A stretch of DNA of 64,000 nt from Ylistrum balloti (lineage: Eukaryota). The position numbers and the translations under genes are program-made. The stretch is taken from NCBI RefSeq assembly GCF_031769215.1, contig NW_026782409.1:1-64000 (forward strand), written 5' to 3'. Shown piece after piece: positions 11,515 through 24,845 of this stretch. Position 1 is the first letter of the stretch. The number at the start of each line of letters is the position of its first letter. Under the pieces are notes generated by a model, which did no database searches, was not told the DNA's origin, and was given only the letters and a program-made list of their open reading frames with translations.

Positions 11515-13930
11515 AAACTCAAATTCCAGATTTTATTGTTCTCTCTGACACGCATTGCGTGTAACAAGATGTGATTGTACAAAGTAGACCTGACACATGG
11601 CTGACAGAGTAATTGGATATACAATGTACATATATTTATACATACATCATCTCGTGATAATTTACTTGGATACTTTCTATAACACTCGGGGATGAACTTA
11701 CTTCTAAGCTGAACTATCTGTACATTATTAAATTTGTAAAGATAGTGATATTCGTCACCCATTTCATTAAGACAAAAAGTACAAACTCGATCTTCACGTG
11801 GAATACCTCTCCAGCGTCCTGTTTCAATAGGATATTTCATATTCGGAGTTCGAAATTTACTTAATATGATTCTGGTTTTTTTTCAGTTAATTCACACTGT
11901 AGTAGGCGGGCTCAGGAGATGAGAGTTTGCCACACAAATGACTTCGCGTTGTGTATTTTTTAAGTGTACAAATGTACAAGGCCAACAGTCAACTCCCAGG
12001 CACACCTTCCAGTTCTTTTCTCCTGATTAGTCGAAGTGTTAGGAAAGACCCACAACAACGCCAAGATTCAAGTTCCACTATTTAATTGTCAATGGAATAT
12101 CAGCGAATAGTGCCGGAGCAATAACAAAGTATAAACAAAAATAAACAATTTAACATAAGTAAAAATCAGTCAACCAAGGTGTAAAAAGCCAGCAGAAAAT
12201 TTAACAAAAATGTAAATTAGCAACAAAAAATAAACTAAGCAGCAAAACAACAAAACCTGACAACGTGAAATAAACTGGGGTACACTGGTCTGCCTATGAG
12301 ACGGGCTAAAAACCAACCCCCTCCCGTAGAAACCTACATAATAGCTACTAACTATAAGCTACATGGTCAGAATTTGACACTACACCAATGGAGAGCAAAT
12401 AAACCCTTTCACTCTGATTTCAGAGCGGTCTACATAATTCAACTGTATACTAGTCTAATACCACGTGAATTCCAGCCCTCACTCCGGTTTCAGAGCATGC
12501 CCGCAGCTTACTGACTAAGGTGACAGCCTAACGACATTACTATAAACAGTGAAGGTATTCCTCTGTTTTCAGAGTGTCAACTGTCTAAGAAGGCTTAATT
12601 ACATTTAACTATCACTTCGGTTTCGAAGCGTAAAGGCCTAAGTCTAATTCCCCAGTGCTCTGGTTTCAAAGCATCAGTAATACTGTGGCAAACCCACTGA
12701 ACTCACCTAACTCCGGCCAGAAAAAGGTCCCGGCACTGCACGTGTATCGCCGTTTTATACCCTTTGACCCTAGTGGAAAAACATCCGGTGGATGTAGAAA
12801 CTAATAACAGACTCTCAGCGACTGGCTCCGCCGCTGAAGCCCTGACCAATCACATTACGTGATACTAATGACTACGGCCCATCTCACAAGATGGCCGACA
12901 TAACAACCCGAAGCGGACAGAAGTCAATCCAGACATAATATCCCTCTGTAATCCCTAGGCTGAACCCCCCAGAGTACTACTAACATCGCGACTAAGGGTA
13001 CGTACACCTAGTAAGAGCCAAAAACTCCACTACCGGGTCACTCAACCGAACGCTACACAGCCTTTACTCAACAAGACTCACAAGGCAGAAATCGACCTTT
13101 CCACAACACAAATATTTTTCAAAAAAAAATTCACTTTTAAAAATCTTATAAAATTGTCCACGAGAAGAATTCTCCAAATCACTGAACCATTTTGGTACAT
13201 ATTGATCTTGTAGACATTTTCTAATGCTTGATTTTAGCCAACTCTTATCTGCTGAACAAGTTTCTTGAACATTCCATATAAATCCCATTCCAGTATTTTT
13301 AAATATAGATTTTACAAACTTTTACCACTTAAACTTACTATTTTCCCTTTCATCTAACTTATATAGCAATCTATATATTATTCAATAATTTATTTCCCCC
13401 AGTGACTAACTTTTATACCAAAACATAATTATCCTAACTTTGACTTCTATTTCAAGCGGATACCTTCCAAGCTCTCCATATACCATAAATGCTGCAGTAC
13501 TACTTCTTAATTTTAGTATCCTTTTTAAGAAACAAATGTGAATTTTCTCAATAATATCAAGACTTTCAAAACCCCATACTTCCACTGCGTACAACAAGAT
13601 TGGGGTAGCTAATGTATCAAAAAGTTTTAACAGTAAATCTAATGGGAGAGAAGTATTTCTTATTCTTCAAAGTAAAGCAAAAAGTGCTTTTTGTGCTTGC
13701 TCTGTTAGCTTCATTTTGGCTTTAGTAAAGTTACCATTAAATTCAGGGTAAAACTCAAATACGAATAAGAGTCAGTTATTTCTAATGCAGTATTGTTTAA
13801 GGTAAATCTTGGCAAATTTTTACTTTTTCTTTTAAAGCAGACTGTAGACCTACCTCACTTGTCTCCGACATGATAACTGTATCATCTGCATAAAGTAGAA
13901 TAACATTTTTCAGGTACATGCTAATATTAG
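11515..13930 (-). mobile_element. 5'-truncated LINE (RTE-X-like), interrupted by a solo LTR
   Basis: LLYADDTV near 13880; LYAVEVWG..YGELGRYP; C-terminal YPIETGRW..CTFC..DEYHY; AATAAA followed by a degenerate tail. Removing the LTR restores FEKYL-CELTEKKTRIILSKFRTPNMKYPIETGRW. Confidence 0.82.
11898..13105 (-). mobile_element. Solo LTR, 1208 bp (Gypsy-type)
   Basis: TG...CA ends; 4-bp TSD ACAC at 11894-11897 and 13106-13109. Orientation inferred from TATAAA on the minus strand near 12757. Confidence 0.85.
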
Positions 13931-14455
13931 ATTCACATAACTTGTTAATTTCCCCAAGACACTCAACTTAATTGTACTCAAAAAAATCCTACATGTGTGT
14001 GTGTATATAACTGTACAGGTAATTTAATCATTATTAAAAAAAATTGATGGTTTACTAACTGTTACATACTTTAATATTTCAGGTTTATATTATGAAACTC
14101 AGCTACAACCTTTCTCATCTTGTGCAAATATAAAAATGATGCATATATATATATATATATACATACAGATATAAATAATACAGGTATGTATTTATCCAGA
14201 ATGTAACATGTACTTTAAAAACGTTTAAGGCAATTGCACACATTAACAGGTCTTATTGTTTTAGAGATTGCTGTAGTTTTTTTGACATACTCTAGATCTC
14301 TTGAAAGAATTTAATACAAGCCAAAAATGTTTTGGGTCAAATCATGATGAAATGGGCATATGAAGTACACATGGTAGAATATTTGTATTTCAACTTAATA
14401 GCTGTACATTACAATGGCATATACGGGTAATATAACATTTTACAAAATATACAAT

Positions 14456-14930
14456 AAAAGAGCAAAGTGAGCAGGGGCTCGCATAGATATACCCCCACCA
14501 CCCCTCAACCCCAACACTGAGCTATAGGAATTACCCGGTAAGTGATTCTAGTGTTATTCCTAACAATGACCTTTAACCAAGACTGATGACCTCCCAAATA
14601 TAATCAGGTGTAGAACTTCACTGATTGAAGTTATGGGGTGAATGTGAACCATATCAAACCAGGGGTTCATGAGATCTTTTACACAAGCTGTTTTTCCCAA
14701 AAGTAGTCAATGGTGACCTTTGAACCTCATTCTTCATCGATGACAACCAAAATCTAAGCAGGGGTAGAACTTTATACTGTGATACTATGGTGTAAATATG
14801 AGGCAAATCTGACAAGAGGTGTTGAAGATATCCTGTACACAAGGTCCGGACACACTGATGGACGGACAGACAGACACACCGACAAAGGGATTACTATATA
14901 CCCCTTACCTAGATGGGGGTATAATAAATA
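14456..14930 (+). mobile_element. Non-autonomous Helentron/HINE-like element
   Basis: GACCTT core, GGACGGACAGACAGAC microsatellite, 3' stem-loop ATACCCC-TTACCTAGAT-GGGGGTAT. Confidence 0.55.
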
Positions 14931-16693
14931 ATGTTTTACACTTGCAAAGATTACAACTGACTTTTAGCTGAAGGCTATAATGTTGATCAGTTTACTCATT
15001 GCAGCTTACAACTTTATTTCTTTAAATTCTAACACAAAATTCTGTAGTTAAAATGCTGCATTTGAATTTTTTAAAAAATACATGTACATGCACATCTCCA
15101 TTGCAAATTGATCTTAGTTTGTGTTAAATAGGCTCTATAATAAAGTCACTCAACACTTGTACAATGACATGTTAATCTTTGGAAGTACCGGAATGTCCTG
15201 TATGTTACATATATTACACAGTATAGATTTTTGAACCAGTATTATATGTCCAATGTAAAGCTATGTTCTGTAATTTTTTCATTGGATACAGAGTGAGTGA
15301 AGAAAGCAAGGAAGATAATGAAGTGCTCGTCTCAAGTGTTCCATTACAAGATATTAAACAGGGAAAGTACTGTCTAGTGTATGCCCACCCTGAGGCACTA
15401 GTAGAAAACAGAAAAATTGGGGAAATATTACGAAGCAACATTTACAAGGACAGAGTATGCTGTACTGTTATTGATGAAGTACACATGATATCTGAATGGT
15501 ATATATATTTTTTTTCTATCTATCTATATGTTATATGGCATACCATAATGATAGTATAATTCTGTATATACTTGTTCAAACATAACAGGTAGCAGAAAAT
15601 AATGCTGCAATATAACAACTAGGAACTAGGCTATCTTGTTAAGTATTGCGCATAAAGTAACATAAAACACAGCTACAAAATTCTAAAGGTAATGTAATGA
15701 TAAATAAGATGATATAAGATCAAACTTATTCACATTGTTAAATGAATAACCATATACAAAGCATTAAGCCAGAGAAAATAGAACATTTTACATGCCTTTT
15801 GTATAATGCAGCTAATAATTTTACTACTCATAATTTCAGTAAAACAATTAAATGTAACAAGAGTTATATCTTTCCTTTTCACCAGGGTAAAGATTTTGGG
15901 AATTCCTTCCATAAACTTGGGCGACTAACTTGTATCTATCCAGATGTACCCCATTTAGCACTGACTACAACAGCAACAAAAATGGACATACAGAATTTGT
16001 GCAGCATTCTTGAATTTAGGAATCCAACATTGGTAGTCCAAAATCCAGATAGGCCCAATATATATTTTAAAGTTAGGGAAAGATTACCCAATATTAAAAG
16101 ATATGAAAAGTATGACCGAATTCTGAAAGACCTTTGTTCTGAGTTGAAGGATAAGATGTCAGACTTTCCTGTAACAATAGTCTACTGTGATAAGTTGGAG
16201 TCAATTGGTTACAGCTACATGTATGCTGATCAAGAATTTGGTTGTAAGGCATATATACCAGCAAGCAGTCAAGTCCCAGAGAACAGGGTCTTTGCCCAGT
16301 ATCACAAAAGTTACAGTGAAAAAATGAAACAAATCATCGTATCTGAACTAACAAAATTAAATCCAAATATAAGACTTGTCTTTGCAAGCGTTGCACTTGG
16401 AATGGGATGGAATGCTTCTGCAGTGTCAAGAATTATCCATTTCCGTCCTCCAACAACACTTGAAAATATTTACAAGAAGTTGGCAGGGTTGGTCGTTATG
16501 GGCAAAATGCAACAGCAATTCTGTATTATAATAACAGTGACATAGCTAGTAATCACAAAGGATTTTATCCTACTGTCAAGGGGTTTGTTAAAAATACAGA
16601 AACATGTTTGCGAAACATTTAATGGACTACTTTGACACTATTCTTTATAGTGGACCTCCTGAACAGTGTTGTTCAAACTGTAAAACTAGCTCA

Positions 16694-19600
16694 TCACAGA
16701 TCTTCAGAATCTGATGAAATTTCTCCCAGATCAGGTGCACCCCTTTTTAACCTATTAACTGTATCCATGATATGAATTTTCAAAAGGTCTCTCTTGAAAT
16801 TGAAAGATTTTGATATTTGAGAGAATCCTTGGAGCTGTCGTCCTTGACACTCAGTCCAAGGATTTAACTTTGTGTGACAGTTAAGTGAAAGACTCAAGTC
16901 TCCTTTAATTTCACGTTTCCTGTGTCTTGTACCCTTATCCTTTATTTCTAGCATGTTATCAAAATTTTTGTTATTGAATTTATTACTGGAGCTACTTTGG
17001 ACACTGTCACAATCGCATTTTCATTCTTGTTAGAACCAAGTCCTCGAATTAGGTCTTTCAATACTTTGACTTGATTTTCTTTTTGCATGTCAACTGCTTT
17101 GTTGTGACCCTTTCCACCCTTAGGTTTGGTGAAAAACATTCAGTTAGAAAAAAAGACCTTTCTCATTACCATTGGCTTCGCTTATCATGCTACACTGGTA
17201 CTTGCTCAATTATTTTGACTTGATTTTCTTTTTGCATGTCAGCTGCTTTGTTGTGACCCTTTCCACCCTTAGTGTTTACAAAAGATGCAGCTCTCACCCG
17301 CATTGACAGTTTTGGAGACAACATGATTTCTGTTTTCAAAATATAGTCAATGCACTCATTAAAGTATTTAGATAAACATGAGTGACTCTAAAAAAAAGGG
17401 GATGAGAATTTTCAAAATGACATTTGTTCTGTATATGTCACCTTCTTTAATGGTGTCCTGAAAGTTCAGTAACAGTAAATGTCACTGCATGAAATTGCAT
17501 GCATAGGAATTCAGGTCATCCACAACACCAACTTATAATATTTAAATATTTTTAACGAATACACTCGTGATTCCTTTTGCCGTTTTGATATCCAACCTGC
17601 AGCCACCTTTTGTATTTTCAAATGGTATCGACACCTGGTAATTAGCTCCTTGAATCTGGATCAACAGTTGAACAAGACCTTCAGTGACTGTAGTCTCTAA
17701 ATCTGTTGTGTCTTTCTCACTGATAGCCTGCAGATTCACTGTGTTTGGAGATTTACTAGTACCTGCCTGTAAGCAAAAATGAAAACTTTCAGTGTATACA
17801 AAGTATTCACAAATATAAAAAAAGTATCTGTTTATGTTCCAAACTCCTGAAAACTAATTCAATATATCCTTTCTTGTTTGAATCTGCAGCCAGCATGGCA
17901 TTTTTGTAACTCCTGACCATGTATAGTGTTAAAAATCTAGAAACATTTAATCTTGTATTATTGATTTTTTATTTGTTGTGTATAAACAATCTGCACAAAT
18001 ATATATCATTGAATAAATACATAATTATATCACAAATATAACATTACCATGTTCTGTTTTTTGGACTCAGAGTCCCTGAGTTCATGTTTATGCAAAAACA
18101 AATGTTTTTAAGTATAAAATTAGCTTTACTTTTCTGTAAAGCATTCTGACAATTATAACAATTTACTTGTGTCTGAGTTTTTATTTGACACTTTTATTAT
18201 GTGTATTCTGGGTGAAAGAGAACTTGTGTGAACTGTAGGCTTCACATTCACCTCAAATGGCATCCAGCATTGGCTCACAATCTCATCCATGATGTCATTA
18301 AATAGCTTCTCTTTTGCTCTAGTTTTCAAATATTTCATGTTCTCTTTGAGCAGATGGTGCTTCAGTGTATAATCAAGATCTTTCATGCTGAATACCTTCA
18401 TAGCATATGTGAGGAAATAGGCTAAGCCTGTAATCATAACAAAGTCCTAATGAGCCTGTGAAGACAAAAAATACATGTATAAGCTCAAAAATAAATGTGT
18501 TATACTGTAAAAGTTCTTCACTGGACCCAATTTTCACTAATTTTTCAATTTCCAACATTTCACAGGATTTGTTTTTTGCACTCTGTAGAAACAGTAAGTT
18601 ATACATGACAATCAATTTTCACTGAAACAATATTTCGCATTAAACAGCAATAGTGAAAATTAAAGTCTTTTAGTTAAAGTTATTGTTTTATACATATGCT
18701 AAAAAAATCACTTAATCACATCAAGTGGAGAAATTCAAGGCAGTTTGAGGGAGAAGGGAGTGGGTGGGATGGGAGGAGTTCACTCTACCATGGCAACCAT
18801 GATGAAATGAGGACGTTAACTATATCTTATAACTTGCTATTTCACAACACACTAGACAGACTGCATTGGAAGTAAACTAAAGAAGGCTTGGTGGAAAACA
18901 TTCAGTTAGAAAAAAAGACCTTTCTCATTACCATTGGCTTCGCTTATCATGCTACACTGGTACTTGCTCAATTATTGTACATACCTCAAACCGACTTTTT
19001 ACTTGACCATTGACATTTGTTCTCTGAATGACAAGTTTCAAATGGGCCAGTGTTCCAACATCTCTGCTGTAAGCACTTTGTACAACTTCTTGAATAACTT
19101 CTAAAAATGTAAACATACAGGTAAGCAAATGTCCACTTCATTATAAATTAGTATAGATACTATGTAACACTTATAATGTTACCATTCAATTCTAACAGCC
19201 ACAAATCACAGTACAGAGTAAGTATAATAAGCTTACACTTTCGTTAATTTATAAACAACATATTAACCTCAAGAAAATCCATGACTATGTGAAACAACTC
19301 CACAATCACTGGATAGAAATGATCTAATCTTTCTTCCTGAGTATTGCACCCGGCTCGCAAGATTTTGGCACTCTGTAAGTTCACCCGTGTCAGCTGATCA
19401 CCACCAACAGGAATATATAAATCTTCTAACTCTCCAGCTGAAAAGATTTTTGTTTCAGATAAAGTTGTGATGACACAGTAATGTGCTTGCTTATAGATGC
19501 AAATGAAAAGGACATGTCAATGACCAAATATTTGATGTGATAGTTACTACAATCTGTTGCAAACTTTTAGATTGGATGTATAAAACTTTTTAGTATATTT

Positions 19601-20330
19601 ATCTCAAGCAATTTCATTAACGATAAAAGTTCAATTATATCCCAAAAATAATGATCATTTATCAGAAACTAAGTTATACCTCTTCCTGCTTTACAATAAA
19701 TGTTGTTGACTTGTCTTTCAAATTGCTGTATAATTTCGACACACTGGTCATGGTGCATTTCGTTCTTTAACTGAAGAGGAAGCCAATGTATTGACGATTT
19801 CTGGGACATATCTTCCAAATCATGTGGAATGTGTGAAGGAACAACTGGCTTCATCCATTCAAATGCTTTCATATGCTCTACTAACAACCTGGCCAACAGA
19901 ATTTTCATAGATTCTTTGTGTAGCTGTAACTCTTCCTTGGATGCAAGAAACATCATATAATTAACAAGATCAAGATTTCTTACTGGAGCGCTATCATCTA
20001 ATTTGTCCACAGACACACGGTCAAAGGTGACATCCGATGTGAAAAAAACGCAGATCTTTGTTCTTGTTATCCATTCTCACATCATTCGTCTTCAAATAGA
20101 TGTCAACATTATCACCATTTATTTTGCAATTTCTCCCTTTTGTACATTCTTTGATAATCTGCTCTGGTGAATATGCAGCAAAGTTGTTAATCACATGCCT
20201 CTTGGATTCATCAGACAGAGTTATATGTACTTTATTGAGCCTCTCAAGGAGCTTTAATAAAAAAAGAAAAAAATAATATATATTACCCCGGCAATGTGTA
20301 GGGGTATGATAACCAAATTCATGCACATGT
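16694..20330 (-). pseudogene. Academ-type DDE transposase, multi-exon, degraded
   Basis: CKINGDNVDIY (20021-20326), LPLQLKNE (19669-20016), IPVGGDQLTRV..VELFH (about 19280-19430), KGGKGHNKAxDMQKENQV (about 17060-17280). Further 5' exons probably lie above 20330. Confidence 0.85.
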
Positions 20331-21664
20331 GTAGTTTTTATCTGCTTAGTGTATATATAATGTACAATCCTTTATTTTACCATACTTATACTATATACTA
20401 GAGTAGTACACACAGGTAACACTATGATACCTTTCCTTTTTTAAACTAGTTATACATGTATTAGCTTGAACAAATATTGCTGAAAGGTAATTACTGTATC
20501 AACAATAAAATGGCTGCTGAGATAACCCGTATGAACCATTAATGCTATTCCCTGCGGATATGCTTTCATATTATGTCTGATGCTAATACTTGTACATTTA
20601 AAAACAATTCACAAACCAACCTGGCACTGTCATCTGTATGGAGATATACGTTGTTCAGCCTGGAAACAAGCTAAAAAAGATTTGATAGAAAATCAACACA
20701 TGCTAATAATTTGAAAGTAATACAAGAATAACAACTGAAAATTTCTACACTATCCAGAAGACAACATAATCCGGTTATGATTAAAACATAGCATTATCTT
20801 CATGTTATAACAATTTATACAATTTGTAACTTGGTTGGATACATTTATGTTCTCAAAACTACATTACCTGCTAACCCTAACTGCAGGAGCCATTCATTTT
20901 GGATGATGTTGCGCTCTTAGATTACAAATACACAAAAATGCAGTGAAATTATGGTAGACCTGTTTATTTAATAGGTAGTATATAGATACAACCTAGGTGA
21001 AAATGGGTACACAAAGCTCTGCATGAACATTATATATACAAAGTAAATATTGACAGCAATTAATTAACTAGGCATGAGCAAATATATTGAAATACTGAGA
21101 ATTTCACTGCATTTCTTAAAATTAGTAAAAACAATTTAGTAGTTACATCAATTAACAAACTTAGGTTAGTATAAACAAATAATGCTGGAACTTGGCTCAA
21201 CAAAAGAAATAGTAATTTAGGCAGATTATCTTGAAAATAAATGATGAAAAATCTTAATATAGGAAAAAATGTTGCCATTCAGCATTACAAAGTGAGATTT
21301 TTTTGTTCAGCCTCTGGCTCATGCAAAATGGCATTGTGTGGTTTGTTTTTATCCGAGGAGAAAAGCAATTTAAAGAAAATATAAATAAATAGTTTTACAC
21401 ATCGAATATTAAACAAACAAAAAAAAAATAAAATAGTTTCCTTCAATCTAAGTGTTTTGATAATTTAATGTGCTTTTAAGCCATTTTCTCTATATAATTT
21501 TATTCATAGTTCTTCAGGTTGCTGTATTGTATGTCCATTGCTGTGTGTAACATATAATATGCTAAAGCTAAAAAGCTTTAATTTATAAAGCATGTTACTA
21601 AAGATGTTCAATCTTATTTTTAACTCAATCTTCATTTATTGAATGTAAACTATGGAGAGTTATA

Positions 21665-23159
21665 TACTAAAACGAAAAAGAAACGCCGTGTAACCTAAAA
21701 TGATTCTTTTAAATGATATAATTTAATGTTACATTATTTCATTCATTTTTGTATACAATTTCATCTGTTTGTTGAAGGTTCTATCGATTATCAATGCTAA
21801 TTATGCCAAAAATATCCCCCTTTTAGCGATGATCCTTCTTGTATTGCGTAACACGGCCGGACATTTCAGTATCTTGTGTGTCCTCCATGCGCAGCTGTCG
21901 CAGCCCTGATTCTTCTATGCATGGAATTCATAAGGTTGTTAACCCTTGCAAAGGGAATGTTATTCCATTCTTCATGCAAGGCACGTGTGAGCTGGACCGG
22001 ATTAGTGGGGGCATTTGGACGTCTCCTAACTCTCCTATCCAATTCGTCCCACAAATGCTCAATTGGAGACCAATCTGGACTGAATGCTGGCCAATCGATT
22101 GGGATTACGTTATTGTTGGCAAGAAATTGCTGACAAACTCTAGCGACATGGGGCCGGACATTGTCTTGCTGGAATATCAGGTTACGTGCTTGCACACATG
22201 GCACGGCAACTGGGCGAAGGATTTCGTCTCTATACCTTACGTCGGTTAAATTACGGTCAATCACGATCAGGGGTGATTTAAACCCATAGGAGATGCCACC
22301 CCAAACACATACTGAACTACCGCCAAACCTATCCCGCTCAGCGACGCACGCGTCAGTGTAATGTTCCCCTCGACGTCGATATACATAATGTCAGCCGTCC
22401 AAACGGTAGAGAGTGAACCCGGATTTGTCAGTGAAGAATACCCGTCTCCATTGCCTCATAGGAAAATTTCTGGGCGTGTGTGCTTGTAACCAAGCCAATC
22501 GGCGTTGGCGTCGCACAGGATTTAGGGGCAGACCAACATAGGGATGTCGGGCTCTTAGGCCATTGACACGTAATCGGTTTCGAACCGTATCAGGATGAAT
22601 ATGGCGGTTATGACTGCCTATAGTGTTATTTGCAGTTTCGGTAGCTGTGAGATGGCGATTACGTAAGTGAGAAAGTCTTATAAACCGATCCTGATGTGGC
22701 GTCGTGACGCACGGACTTCCACTTCACGGTCGGTCGATGACCCTCCCCGTCACTCACACACGTTGGACAAGATGTTGAATTGTCTGATTATGCACAAAAT
22801 GTGCAGCAACCTTAAGTTGGCCCTGACCCTGCAAAAGCATTCCTATAGGCTGTCCCCGCTGGACTTTCGTCAATTGTGGCATGGATGTAAATTGCTGAAT
22901 TCAAGTCAAACTTTGAAAAATCAATCCGAATACTTTAACAGTATCAAATAGACTGAAAATTTCCATTGGCGAACTCAATGACCTTCCCCTGCACAGGCCT
23001 CGCACAGACCGCGGAGGTCAGGTATTGTGTGATTTTAAACACTTGTACCTAGTGACTGTGAACAACACATCAACCTGACCGAGTGTCATTATTCAAGGCC
23101 AAGCAATAAATCATTTGTAGTATATTTAGTGTACCCGGTGTTTCTTTTTCGTGTTAGTA
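21665..23159 (-). mobile_element. Tc1-like DNA transposon, full length, DD34E-type transposase pseudogene
   Basis: TIRs TACTAAAACGAAAAAGAAACGCCG / CCGGTGTTTCTTTTTCGTGTTAGTA in TA context; WRRVFFTD..VWGGIS..FQQDNVRPH..WPAFSPDWSPIEHLW..GGHTRY. Confidence 0.92.
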
Positions 23160-23321
23160 TATATAAAATAAATGGTATTTGACTATTTGTGCATAACAGA
23201 TATACAGAGATGGAATTCAATATGATTCTCATACTAATTCTTTATTGACTAATAAAAAAATTATAAGGTGTAGTCTTCCACCAATTATAAATGTAACTAT
23301 ATTAAATGATACTGTAAATAG

Positions 23322-24845
23322 TGTTCTGGATATTACGACCCTGTCTCCGGTTCTATATTGTATTCATTACTCATGCGCATGCCTCTGAAAAACACTTATA
23401 TTTTCCGGTTAATGTCCTCATGGTGTGATCATTTCGAGCTCTGCTGGGCAGATCTCTCTAAGATGGCTCTAGATACAATCTAATGATTGAAACATGGTGT
23501 CAGACGGATCTTTATTAATGAAAAGACGGAAACATGGCTTTGGGATGCCTCCCACCACCCGGTAAACTTGATTTCAACTCGAAATCCGAATCCAATCTGT
23601 CGGAAAATTGGAAAAAGTTGAAAGAAGAATTCACTTTATTTAGCGATCTCGCTCTGAAAACGGAAGACACTGAGAAATTAAAGATGTTCAAATATTTAAT
23701 TGGACAAGAAGGACGAGAAATCTACAACACACAAAGAAGGACGGGAGAGGAAAAAGACCAAACTCTCAAAAGGGTACTTGATAAGTTTGATAAATACTGT
23801 CAGCCCAAAAAGAACGAAACTGTAGAAAGATTTAAATTGAACATGAGGGCTCAAGGGGATGAAATATGTCTTGACAAATGTGAGCCACTTCGTAAACTCA
23901 CTAAGCAAGATGTCCAGTGGCATTGGACTCCAATGCACTCGGACGCAGTAAAGGAAATTAAGAAACTAGTAACATCACAGCCGGTGCTACGATACTATGA
24001 CCCAAAGGAGGAACTGACTCTCCAATGTGACGCCTCAGAAAAGGAACTTGGAGGAGCGTTATTACAGAAAGGCCAACCAATCGCGTTTGTCAGTCGCACA
24101 CTTACCAACGTTGAAACGCGCTTTGCGCAGATAGAAAAGAAACTTTTAGCAGCAGTGTTCAGGTTGGAAAAGTTCCACCAATATGTGTATGGAGATCTAG
24201 TGCAGTCACAGTTCTCAGTGACCACCAACCCCTGGAGATAATCATAAAGAAACCGCTTCATACTGCTCCTAAAAGACTGCAAAGGATGTTACTTAGACTA
24301 CAACGGTACATCAACATTGTGTACCACCTTGGAAGTCTCATGTACTTAGCAGATACCCTGAGTCGTGCATATCTGAAAGACAGTCAACATGAGGTCTCAG
24401 ATTTCCATGGCGATGTTGAGTCAATCCTACCTATAGAGGAGACCAGACTGAGCAAATTTCAAGCAGTTACAGTTTCTGATGAGAATCTCAAAGTTCTCAT
24501 GAAAGTGATCCTTGAGGGTTGGCCAGAGAAAGTATCATCTACTCCAAGAGTGGCTCAACCTTACTTCAAAGTCCGAGATGAGCTGTCGGTACAAAACGGT
24601 ATAATATTCCGCGGGAAACGTGCTGTGATTCCACTATCGTTCGATCGGAGTTGAAGACCCGTATTCACTCATCACACTTAGGATTTGAAGGATGTTTGTG
24701 ACGAGTTGTGAGGCTGTTTATTTGCCAAACACAATCGCTGAAATACAAGAATTCATTAAACAATGTGACAAATGTCGTAAGTATGAAAGGTCACAGTCGA
24801 AAGAAACTCTTATCTCGCATGATGTTCCAGACAGGCCATGGGACA
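23322..24845 (+). mobile_element. Gypsy LTR retrotransposon, internally deleted and 3'-truncated
   Basis: LTR TGTT...AACA 23322-23494; PBS TGGTGTCAGA 23495-23504; gag N-terminus fused to RNase H (QCDASEKELG..RFAQIEKKLLA); integrase zinc finger HSSHLG..CDKC; stops at VPDRPW. Confidence 0.88.

Larger units (their letters stand above)
6367..16714 (+). pseudogene. Spliced RecQ-like SF2 helicase of an AcademH-type transposon (exons 6367-6563 + 11217-11338, 15292-15498, 15886-16714)
   Basis: Motif I LAVLPTG*GKS (TAG 6511-6513), Ia IVLIVTPLNSIMQDQV, II DEVH, III ALTTTAT, V VALGMG, VI QEVGRVGR (frameshifted), and RQC-like CCSNC. GT/AG borders are present. Confidence 0.9.

Noticed and set aside
12411-12672. 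CRISPR-like repeat-spacer reading of the spaced palindromes
   Set aside because: Repeats are only 14 bp and variable, spacing is irregular, the context is eukaryotic and no cas genes are present.
14140-14170. (TA)n microsatellite
   Set aside because: Ordinary simple repeat.
21839-22249. Plus-strand ORFs over Tc1
   Set aside because: Antisense to the recognisable transposase.
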